Part shown: piece after piece, positions 56,651 to 63,395 of the stretch
Layout: the number at the start of each line of letters is the position of its first letter
Numbering within the stretch: position 1 is the first letter of the stretch
Virus record (IMG/VR): IMGVR_UViG_3300045988_014525
From: a virus
Direction: 5' to 3' (one strand)
Length of the DNA: 64,000 bases
The notes under the pieces: generated by a model
Databases searched by the model: none
What the model was told of the DNA's origin: nothing
Seen by the model: the letters and a program-made list of their open reading frames with translations, nothing else
Made by a program: the position numbers and the translations under genes

Positions 56651-56683
56651 TATCAATTATTATATGAAATATAATAATTGATA
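56651..56683. repeat. perfect 15-bp inverted repeat with a 3-nt spacer
   Basis: TATCAATTATTATAT-GAA-ATATAATAATTGATA. Confidence 0.95.
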
Positions 56684-56918
56684 GATATAATATATTTATA
56701 ATATATTATACTAGTACCCACGCTGCATAGTACAGATGCGGTTGTCGATACTACTGTTGAAGATATTGCAGAAGGTATTGAAGTCTGTACTGCAAAATGT
56801 ATTGAAGTTTGTACTGTTGTAGATATTACTGAAACTACTGTTAGAACTACTAGTCGAGCTATTGTTGTAACTATTGTTGCAACTATTACAATTACTATTA
56901 GAGGGAGTCTTGCTCATA

Positions 56919-56939
56919 TCCACCCCCGTAAAGGAATGT
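56919..56939 (+). repeat. GC-rich dispersed element copy (long form), left arm of an inverted pair
   Basis: TCCACCCCCGTAAAGGAATGT, in the divergent control region. Confidence 0.9.
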
Positions 56940-57008
56940 CAATTGCTTAAACTTCTTGTACTCCTATTGAATCTAGTTCTGATCTACCTGCCATTGACTG
57001 TGCTGAAA

Positions 57009-57053
57009 TTACTACTCAAGTTACTACTCAAGTTACTACTCAAATTACTACTA
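57009..57053. repeat. tandem 12-mer TTACTACTCAAG, about 3.7 copies
   Basis: Read directly. It lies between the inverted pair of dispersed-element copies. Confidence 0.9.
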
Positions 57054-57085
57054 TATCTACTAGTGGAGTTACTAGCAATTACCTA

Positions 57086-57109
57086 TTCACATTCCTTTAC
57101 GGGGGGTGG
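57086..57109 (-). repeat. GC-rich dispersed element copy (long form, G6), right arm of an inverted pair
   Basis: The plus strand reads TTCACATTCCTTTACGGGGGGTGG. It lies 146 bp from the left arm. Confidence 0.9.
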
Positions 57110-57140
57110 TGACAGCTAGGCTCCATCTACTATTACAACT

Positions 57141-57190
57141 CTTTAAAGAGGTTGTTCTCGTAGAGAATGAACTCTTGCTATTGCAGAGAG
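57141..57190. repeat. about 50-nt dispersed direct repeat unit, copy 1
   Basis: CTTTAAAGAGGTTGTTCTCGTAGAGAATGAACTCTTGCTATTGCAGAGAG. It contains the mini-palindrome TTCTC-GTA-GAGAA. Confidence 0.75.
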
Positions 57191-57280
57191 AGTTCTAGAT
57201 ATTGCAAATTGAATTAAAACTAGTACTGAATTAGATATTGATTATACTGTTGATTATACTATTGCAAGAGGTGCTGCTCT

Positions 57281-57330
57281 TTTTGAAAGAAGTTTCTCGA
57301 AGAGAATTATTCTTTCATTTTGTCAGAGAG
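57281..57330. repeat. about 50-nt dispersed direct repeat unit, copy 2 (diverged)
   Basis: TTTGAAAGAAGTTTCTCGAAGAGAATTATTCTTTCATTTTGTCAGAGAGG. Confidence 0.6.
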
Positions 57331-57423
57331 GTGCTAGAGTTATTAGAGTTGCTATTTGTATAAGGAGTAGAGGAAGTACTAAAATTTAGCGTAAAGATGA
57401 TACTAGAGGAATTAATAAAGGAA

Positions 57424-57497
57424 GTAATAGAGTTAGTAATAGAGTTAGTGATAGAGTTGCTGCTAGAAAAAATAAAATAAAATTTTTAGCGAGTGTG
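57424..57497. repeat. iteron-like array 1: 12-mer GTAATAGAGTTA x3 plus an AT-rich tail
   Basis: The 12-mers lie at 57424-57459. The tail is CTAGAAAAAATAAAATAAAATTTTTAGCGAGTGTG. Confidence 0.85.
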
Positions 57498-57552
57498 TTG
57501 TTATGATCGCGCAGCTAATGTTACTGAAACAATTTAGAAACAAGTTCATGTT

Positions 57553-57600
57553 GTTTAAAGATCTGTTCTCGTAGAGAATATATCTTTCTATTGTAAAAGG
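57553..57600. repeat. about 50-nt dispersed direct repeat unit, copy 3
   Basis: GTTTAAAGATCTGTTCTCGTAGAGAATATATCTTTCTATTGTAAAAGG. Confidence 0.75.
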
Positions 57601-57613
57601 AGATTCTAAGAGA

Positions 57614-57694
57614 GATAAAGTTAGTGATAAAGTTAATGATAAAGTTAATGATAAAGTTTCTACTAGAAAATAAAATAAAATTTTTGTAGTGCGT
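57614..57694. repeat. iteron-like array 2: 12-mer GATAAAGTTAAT x4 plus the same AT-rich tail
   Basis: The 12-mers lie at 57614-57661. The tail is CTAGAAAATAAAATAAAATTTTTGTAGTGCGT. Confidence 0.85.
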
Positions 57695-57760
57695 AAATTT
57701 AAGTGGCTACGGCTCCATACCAATACCCCCGCCCATCCAACTACTTATTGAACTCCCCCT

Positions 57761-57788
57761 GTCAGACCGAATGACCTTAAACATATTG
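57761..57788 (+). promoter_or_regulatory. 28-nt early-promoter/operator-like repeat, copy 1 (3 mismatches)
   Basis: GTCAGACCGAATGACCTTAAACATATTG. It ends 33 nt before the ATG at 57822. Confidence 0.55.
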
Positions 57789-57821
57789 CTGTTAATATTA
57801 TTAATTAAATTATTAATCATT

Positions 57822-58184
57822 ATGAAAGATGTAAGGTTTATCTTATGGTTATCATTGTTTCTAGTAGGTGCAATGACTGCTATTGTTGTCTCATGTGTTG
57901 ATACTAGTGCTGATAGTGCTAGTCCAACTACTGCTAGTAGCTATGTTATTCCTGATTACATAGATGCTACTAGATCATTATCATTGGGTGAAATACATAG
58001 TATTACTACGTATCTTATCAATGGCGATGATTTTGCTACTGTTGTTCTTACTGATGGTACTGAGTGTTATTGCGATCAAGCTATTGCTCGTGATCTTCGT
58101 GATGCTATTGATGGAGCTAATGATAAGGAGTTTGAACTGTGGACGAATAACGATAATGAACATGAGATTGTATGTATTAATTGA
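57822..58184 (+). CDS. secreted lipoprotein (120 aa), first rightward gene
   Basis: The track ORF starts at 57771. I prefer the ATG at 57822. That start gives MKDVRFILWLSLFLVGAMTAIVVSCVDTSADS, a signal peptide with a lipobox Cys followed by acidic/Ser residues. Confidence 0.65.
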   Translation: MKDVRFILWLSLFLVGAMTAIVVSCVDTSADSASPTTASSYVIPDYIDATRSLSLGEIHSITTYLINGDDFATVVLTDGTECYCDQAIARDLRDAIDGANDKEFELWTNNDNEHEIVCIN

Positions 58185-58188
58185 ACGG

Positions 58189-58225
58189 TTGACATTGTTA
58201 CGTGGTGTAGCAATGTCAATCTTAT
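58189..58225 (+). terminator. hairpin after the lipoprotein gene (terminator or operator)
   Basis: The 9-bp stem TTGACATTG/CAATGTCAA (58189-58197 with 58211-58219) is followed by TCTTATATA. The arms contain the TTGACATT core of the 28-nt repeat. Confidence 0.5.
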
Positions 58226-58366
58226 ATATACTAATGGGTGTGATCAAATATTCACAAACATACGATTGTTCCGATCTGATACTGTTACTAAGAATACTCA
58301 AAGGATTCGCTATATTCAAGAGTGATGCAGAGGATTACTTAGGATTGTAAACTTAACAACGATACA

Positions 58367-58394
58367 GTCAAACCGATTGACATTAAACATATTG
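58367..58394 (+). promoter_or_regulatory. 28-nt early-promoter/operator-like repeat, copy 2
   Basis: GTCAAACCGATTGACATTAAACATATTG, a perfect tandem partner of copy 3 with a 31-nt period. Confidence 0.6.
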
Positions 58395-58397
58395 AGT

Positions 58398-58425
58398 GTC
58401 AAACCGATTGACATTAAACATATTG
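58398..58425 (+). promoter_or_regulatory. 28-nt early-promoter/operator-like repeat, copy 3
   Basis: Identical 28-mer. It ends 37 nt before the ATG at 58463. Confidence 0.6.
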
Positions 58426-58462
58426 CATTATTTTATTATAAACATTAAAAACATTTGAAACC

Positions 58463-59116
58463 ATGAGTAAAGAAAAAGAAACTGTTGTTAGTGAAGCCGT
58501 AGTAGCTAATAACGCTGTTGAAGCCACTGAAGCCACTGTTACAGAAGCTACTAATGAAACTACTAAAGTAGCTGAAGATGCTCCTACTGCCGAACTACTA
58601 CCATTGTCGGCTTATTGGGGTAAGGATGCAGATACTGTTACAGACCTTATGTTAGGTCGTAGCGACGTTACTAATCATGCTAATTGCATTATTACTAATG
58701 TTGTTGACCGTGATAGTGACAATGGTTTTATGACCATTGTTGTTTCTAAAGGTCTGCCACAGTATGTTCTTAATGCCGATACTGGTGCTTATGAGATGAG
58801 TACTACTCGTAATATCTTTACCAGTCGCATTCAGATTGCAGCCATATTAAAAGGTATGAACGAGACAGTGCTCGCCAAGATTGTCGAGACAGCACCGTTC
58901 ATGGTTGTCGTATCGGTATTGGAAGGTGCTCGTATTTCCGTGATGTCAAGACTGCTCGCTGCTGGTGAGCAATACATCAATCCGTATGCGTCTAAAGCAC
59001 CGTCTGAAGTTCGTGTTACCGAACATGATCGTATCGAGTATTTCCCATACGAGCTTAAACTTGGCAACAAGTTCACCGCTTTGGAGAAGATACAGCTTGC
59101 AATGATGTTCAAGTAG
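58463..59116 (+). CDS. 217-aa acidic protein, function unknown; probably strongly expressed early
   Basis: ORF in the track. It is preceded by two tandem 28-nt promoter-like repeats. G+C is visibly higher than in neighbours. Confidence 0.75.
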   Translation: MSKEKETVVSEAVVANNAVEATEATVTEATNETTKVAEDAPTAELLPLSAYWGKDADTVTDLMLGRSDVTNHANCIITNVVDRDSDNGFMTIVVSKGLPQYVLNADTGAYEMSTTRNIFTSRIQIAAILKGMNETVLAKIVETAPFMVVVSVLEGARISVMSRLLAAGEQYINPYASKAPSEVRVTEHDRIEYFPYELKLGNKFTALEKIQLAMMFK

Positions 59117-59124
59117 GAGTTAGT

Positions 59125-59157
59125 AATGCTAGTGGGACAAATAGTCCTGCTAGCATT
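59125..59157 (+). terminator. hairpin after the 217-aa gene
   Basis: The outer stem is AATGCTAG/CTAGCATT and the inner stem is GGAC/GTCC. It starts 9 nt after the stop. There is no clear T tract. Confidence 0.35.
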
Positions 59158-59340
59158 AAAGCTGTCAGTGCTATTCAGCGTGTTTACACAGATACTCTTG
59201 CTACGTGTTAGAAAGATACTCTTGCTGTCATCCGACTTATGTTCGTTGTCCGGCAAAGCCATCTGGCAAAGATAATCACGATAGGAAACGACCTAGGACA
59301 ACTGATAAGCTACTTATAACAACTGATAAACTAATTCATC

Positions 59341-60222
59341 ATGTACACTACTAAAGACATCAAGTCGATAACTGTCCAATCAGTCCATCTTATAATCATT
59401 CGTATGAATGATAATAAGAGCTATATAATAGATGCTCAAGAGCTTGTTGATATAATTAATAAGGAAATATACTTGAAAAAGTGTAGAAAATCTAGAGTTA
59501 GTGCTAGAGTAAGTGACGATCTAAAGGCTAGATTAGATGGCTATGAGAGTGAAATAAGAGGTAGAATGAGTAAATCTAAGAGTAAAAGTAAGAGTAATAG
59601 TGAACTTAGGAGCAAGTTTAGTGCTGATGAACTAGATACTATTGATAAAATTGTAGATGAAATAGAGAAGTTTAAAGAGATTATTGGAGGTAAGTGTGAC
59701 AGAGGTAGTGATTTAGGTGCTGCCGAAGCCGCTCAACTTTCCTCTAATCAAGCTACTCAACTTCCTACTCAAGTAGTTAGCGCCCCTTGTTCTCCCTTAG
59801 AGTCTAAAGTCTCCGACTTTATCTCTAACTCTCTTTTATCCAATCCTATCAACAGTCCCAGTCCAACTGATAACTCAATTGACAAGCCTATTGTCATTAA
59901 TACTCCTATTGATACTCCTATTGATACTCCTATTGATACTCCTACTATCTCTGATTGTATTAACACTATTAACACTGACGTTAACACTATTAACACTGGC
60001 AACAATAGTTCTAATAGTTATTATTGTAAGATTGATAATAGTATTAGTAGCTCTCGTTGCAATAATGATAATCCTAGTATCTCCGATACTACTCATATCA
60101 AAACAGCCAACAGTAGTTCTAAGATAGTCAACAGTAGTTCTAATAGTACTAATAGGTTTAATAGGTTTAAGAGATTCATTAAGACAATTAAGTCTATATT
60201 TAAAACTACTCGTTACAACTGA
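59341..60222 (+). CDS. 293-aa low-complexity protein (SK and PIDT repeats, Asn/Ser-rich C-terminal half)
   Basis: ORF in the track. A 12-nt tandem repeat at 59902-59937 encodes TPID x3. Confidence 0.6.
   Translation: MYTTKDIKSITVQSVHLIIIRMNDNKSYIIDAQELVDIINKEIYLKKCRKSRVSARVSDDLKARLDGYESEIRGRMSKSKSKSKSNSELRSKFSADELDTIDKIVDEIEKFKEIIGGKCDRGSDLGAAEAAQLSSNQATQLPTQVVSAPCSPLESKVSDFISNSLLSNPINSPSPTDNSIDKPIVINTPIDTPIDTPIDTPTISDCINTINTDVNTINTGNNSSNSYYCKIDNSISSSRCNNDNPSISDTTHIKTANSSSKIVNSSSNSTNRFNRFKRFIKTIKSIFKTTRYN
59902..59937 (+). repeat. in-frame tandem 12-mer ACTCCTATTGAT x3
   Basis: It encodes TPID x3 inside the 293-aa ORF. Confidence 0.9.
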
Positions 60223-60251
60223 TAAATTTAATTCTTAACAATTTACAATTT

Positions 60252-61070
60252 ATGGAAGATATTACAATTACTCAAGACCAACTATTCGATGTTATTAAGA
60301 GAACAATGTCTTTTAGCAAGGAATATGCTATTGAAAAGCTAGATAATGATGGAAACTTTATTGTTTTCATTAACGAAGACTTTACTAATTTCTTTATTCT
60401 ACGTAAGTCTCTAGTTGATTATATAGCTACTAAATCTAGTGTTTATGCTAATCTTCAAAATTCTTATAATAAGTTAGTTAAAACTGCTAAAAAACGTGCT
60501 AAAGAACTAATTAATCGTGAAGATGAGATTAAGTCATTAAGAGAAGAACTTAAAGTATTAAGAGAAGAAAAGAAGTGCAAGTCTTATGTAGTTGCTAAAG
60601 CTAACTATGATGAACTTTATAAAACTCATGAAGAACTTCTTAGTGATCATAATAAACTTATTGATGAATATAAAGGTCTTCAAGTAAATTATACTGATCT
60701 TAAGAACACTTATGATGAGCTTCAACATATTTCCGATTCTTATAAGAATGATATAGAAATTCTTAGAACTGCTAATAAGAATCTTCGAGCAGCTAATAAT
60801 AATTATGATCTTATTAAATCTCAAAACGATCAATTTGTTATTAGTTATAATCAACTTGAATCTGCTTATAAACATGTTCTTAGTCGAAATGAAGAACTTA
60901 ATAGTATAGTTAAACATAATAACACTGAGATTACAGTTCTAAGAGATACTGTTGAACAACTGCGTGCTAAGATTAAAACTCAGGATGCTATAATTGAGAT
61001 AAATAAGGAGAAGATTGAAAAGAAAGATAAAGAACTTCAATCATATAAGAATAGCAATAAACAAGATTAA
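60252..61070 (+). CDS. 272-aa coiled-coil protein
   Basis: ORF in the track with long heptad-like K/E/L/N-rich sequence. Confidence 0.7.
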   Translation: MEDITITQDQLFDVIKRTMSFSKEYAIEKLDNDGNFIVFINEDFTNFFILRKSLVDYIATKSSVYANLQNSYNKLVKTAKKRAKELINREDEIKSLREELKVLREEKKCKSYVVAKANYDELYKTHEELLSDHNKLIDEYKGLQVNYTDLKNTYDELQHISDSYKNDIEILRTANKNLRAANNNYDLIKSQNDQFVISYNQLESAYKHVLSRNEELNSIVKHNNTEITVLRDTVEQLRAKIKTQDAIIEINKEKIEKKDKELQSYKNSNKQD

Positions 61071-61078
61071 TTTGATTT

Positions 61079-61261
61079 ATGACAAGTTTCGATAATTACT
61101 TTATAAAAGTAATGCTAATGTTCATTGCTTTTATTACTATCTGGAATATGTTGCGATCTCATACTAAACATAGTAATATCATTTGTTTTATTATAGCTAT
61201 TATAGCTGTTACTTTTACTTCTATTTGTTCAATTATTACTTATAACATTATTCTATTATGA
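61079..61261 (+). CDS. 60-aa membrane protein (2 TM segments)
   Basis: ORF in the track, with an ATGA overlap with the next gene. Confidence 0.55.
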   Translation: MTSFDNYFIKVMLMFIAFITIWNMLRSHTKHSNIICFIIAIIAVTFTSICSIITYNIILL

Positions 61262-61716
61262 AGATATTACAAAATTCTGATAAGCAACTAGTTGTTGCTG
61301 CAAAAGATTCTATTATTATATTATCTGATGATAAAACTCTTGTTTCTGTTGACAAAGAGATTGTTTGTGCTGCTGCTGATACTCTTGGTATTCTTGACGA
61401 ACTTAAAGAACAAATTCGTTATTATAATGACGAACTTAATAAGATTTATGAAGATGGTCGAAATTTAAATGTTCAACTAGAAACCTATAAAGTTGAAATT
61501 AGAAATCTTAAAGACAATCTTGATCAAGTAAATAATCTATGTGAAGAAAGAGAGCGTATTATCAATGAGTGTAATCAAAAGATTATTGATTATGAAGAGA
61601 TTATTAAAGACTTAACGAAGGCGAATGAGTATTATATTCGTAAAAAGGATTGTGCCACCCCCGTAAAGGAATGTGATGATAACGATAGCTCTTATCCACC
61701 TACTAAAGTTAAGTAA
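61258..61716 (+). CDS. 152-aa coiled-coil protein
   Basis: ORF in the track. Confidence 0.7.
   Translation: MKILQNSDKQLVVAAKDSIIILSDDKTLVSVDKEIVCAAADTLGILDELKEQIRYYNDELNKIYEDGRNLNVQLETYKVEIRNLKDNLDQVNNLCEERERIINECNQKIIDYEEIIKDLTKANEYYIRKKDCATPVKECDDNDSSYPPTKVK
61655..61676 (+). repeat. GC-rich dispersed element copy (long form)
   Basis: CCACCCCCGTAAAGGAATGTGA. It is sense in the rightward 152-aa ORF (ATPVKEC). Confidence 0.9.
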
Positions 61717-61792
61717 TCTTAATAAAGCTCTTAATCTTTAGTATTATCTAAATATTATTCATATACTTGTGCATTATTAAATACTACGAGTT

Positions 61793-61954
61793 ATGGAAGA
61801 TTATTTAGATGGTGCTATTGGATTTCCTATTTGTGCATTAGGTACTGATGTTGATTATCTCGATTGTGAGATAGCCGACAGATGGAATCGTGGTGAAACT
61901 TTATCTGAATCTAATCAAGATTTAGATTTAGATATAGAAACTATTGAAGATTAA
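61793..61954 (+). CDS. 53-aa acidic protein
   Basis: Hand translation gives MEDYLDGAIGFPICALGTDVDYLDCEIADRWNRGETLSESNQDLDLDIETIED. It is below the track cutoff and fills an otherwise empty gap. Confidence 0.45.
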   Translation: MEDYLDGAIGFPICALGTDVDYLDCEIADRWNRGETLSESNQDLDLDIETIED

Positions 61955-61972
61955 CTATTAAATAATAATATT

Positions 61973-62293
61973 ATGGCAGATATTTTAGAAGCTAAACGTC
62001 CAACTATTGCTCAGTGTAAAGCTGAGATTATTATTCTTCGTAACCGTAACTCTGAATTGAATACTACTCTTAATAGTGCTAAAATAACAAGTGAACAGTT
62101 ACGTATGTCTAATCAATCTTACGAATGTCGTATTCGTAATCTTGAAGAAGATATTAACAGACTTCGTAATCGTAATGCTGACCTCGGTAATAAACTAGGA
62201 ATGAAAGATGCTAAAAGGCTTTATACTACTGTTGGTATTGTAGGTTTTGCTTTCATTCTTGGATTTGTACTTGGTATTCTCATTAAACTCTAA
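61973..62293 (+). CDS. 106-aa coiled-coil protein with a C-terminal TM anchor
   Basis: ORF in the track. The C-terminus reads TVGIVGFAFILGFVLGILI. Confidence 0.7.
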   Translation: MADILEAKRPTIAQCKAEIIILRNRNSELNTTLNSAKITSEQLRMSNQSYECRIRNLEEDINRLRNRNADLGNKLGMKDAKRLYTTVGIVGFAFILGFVLGILIKL

Positions 62294-62457
62294 CCAGTTT
62301 GTTTTATTTATACGCTAGTTAATGCAATTGAAAATACGTCTTGTCAAAGGGTTTTGAAATCTTTTAATTTATGAATTAATTAGCCAATGCTATTAATATT
62401 GATAGACTGTGAAGTTAGTCAGTATTGATAGCATTTTTTAATTTAAAACTTTATAAT

Positions 62458-62715
62458 ATGGAATTAAATATACTTGAAGGTCTTATTGTTACTTCTAAGA
62501 ATCTTCTAAATGGTTATATAGTAGCTAATGGAGGGTATGAAAGTATCAATATTACAACTCTTCGTAAAGCTGTTGATAATATGAGTTCTAATCCTCATTA
62601 TAATAATCCTAAAGATCATAGGATGATATTTAGTAATTATCTATTTATTATCAGTAAAATTGCTAATATTATAAATGAAGATATTACTGAATATCTCAAA
62701 AGTAAATTAGTATAA
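62458..62715 (+). CDS. 85-aa protein, function unknown
   Basis: The track ORF starts at a TTG at 62425. The ATG at 62458 (MELNILEG) is more plausible. Confidence 0.6.
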   Translation: MELNILEGLIVTSKNLLNGYIVANGGYESINITTLRKAVDNMSSNPHYNNPKDHRMIFSNYLFIISKIANIINEDITEYLKSKLV

Positions 62716-62972
62716 TTTCTGTTCTATTAATTATGTATGTGTATTATACACTAAGATTCAGTCATAGTAACACGGTCTGCGAAGATAGTGTTATTTTAAA
62801 TGAACATACTGATGATGACTTATTAAGTTGAAACATTGTTCGAGTAATCGTTGAAGTAAGGGAAATCCTCTTCGTAAAATGTCTATGTTTAGTTATATTT
62901 TCCTTAGATTAAACTGTTTAAGGTTACTAGTAATACAGTTCGTGAGAATAGTATTGTCTATTTTATCCCATC

Positions 62973-62998
62973 GGAGTAGAAGCGTCTACTCCTTTTTT
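62973..62998 (+). terminator. canonical rho-independent terminator
   Basis: GGAGTAG-AAGCGT-CTACTCC followed by TTTTTT. Confidence 0.8.
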
Positions 62999-63028
62999 AT
63001 TGATTATTCATTTAAATCATTATTATAT

Positions 63029-63358
63029 ATGAAAACAACTCATAAACAAATGTTGGAGTTTCTATTAATCATTCAAAGATTAGTTAGGAAACATTGTACT
63101 GATCTTTACTTTTTAGTTTCTACTCAATTTAAAGAATCTGAAAAAGTTCTTAGTTATATTAGTGTTTATATTACTATATATAATTTTAATAGTGATACTA
63201 TTAAATATAGTAGATTCTTTTCATTCTATATTGTTAATGATATTGAGGAAAATAATATTGTTCTTGATAATTTAAGGAACTATATTCATATGGAAGTAGC
63301 AACTATTAATAATCTAAGAGAGAAAGTCAAACGAGATTCTCTTACGGGGGAAGTATAA
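63029..63358 (+). CDS. 109-aa protein, function unknown
   Basis: The track ORF starts at 62879, but a strong terminator (62973-62998) lies inside that extension. The ATG at 63029 (MKTTHKQ) follows the terminator. Confidence 0.6.
   Translation: MKTTHKQMLEFLLIIQRLVRKHCTDLYFLVSTQFKESEKVLSYISVYITIYNFNSDTIKYSRFFSFYIVNDIEENNIVLDNLRNYIHMEVATINNLREKVKRDSLTGEV
63338..63353 (-). repeat. GC-rich dispersed element copy
   Basis: The plus strand reads TCTCTTACGGGGGAAG. It is antisense-form in the rightward 109-aa ORF (SLTGEV, then stop). Confidence 0.9.
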
Positions 63359-63395
63359 ACAATCTATTATTATTAATTATTTAAAACAAACTGGT

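Noticed and set aside
56700-57700. CRISPR array.
   Set aside because: The repeats are 12-nt head-to-tail tandems and dispersed units of about 50 nt. There is no regular repeat-spacer periodicity of 25-40 nt and no cas genes.
56711-57723. Track ORFs 56711..56923 (-), 56874..57119 (+) and 57463..57723 (-).
   Set aside because: Their translations are low-complexity strings (LKLLLKLLLK, LSLTLSLTLS, Asn/Ser/Cys runs) produced by 12-nt tandem repeats. They overlap each other and the palindromic control region. They are most likely noncoding, although the Cys/Asn/Ser-rich 70-aa ORF cannot be formally excluded.
57771-57821. The upstream start of the lipoprotein ORF given in the track.
   Set aside because: The ATG at 57771 lies inside the 28-nt promoter-like repeat and adds a Leu/Ile-only peptide. 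The Met at 57822 gives a normal signal peptide.
62879-63028. The long N-terminal extension of the 63029..63358 ORF given in the track.
   Set aside because: The extension contains the canonical terminator at 62973-62998 and encodes implausible sequence. The downstream ATG was chosen instead.
2413-63353. The dispersed element as recombination sites of an invertase or shufflon system.
   Set aside because: Copies lie inside essential genes across the whole window (portal, scaffold-like, giant virion proteins). Inversion between them would destroy those genes, and no invertase gene is visible.
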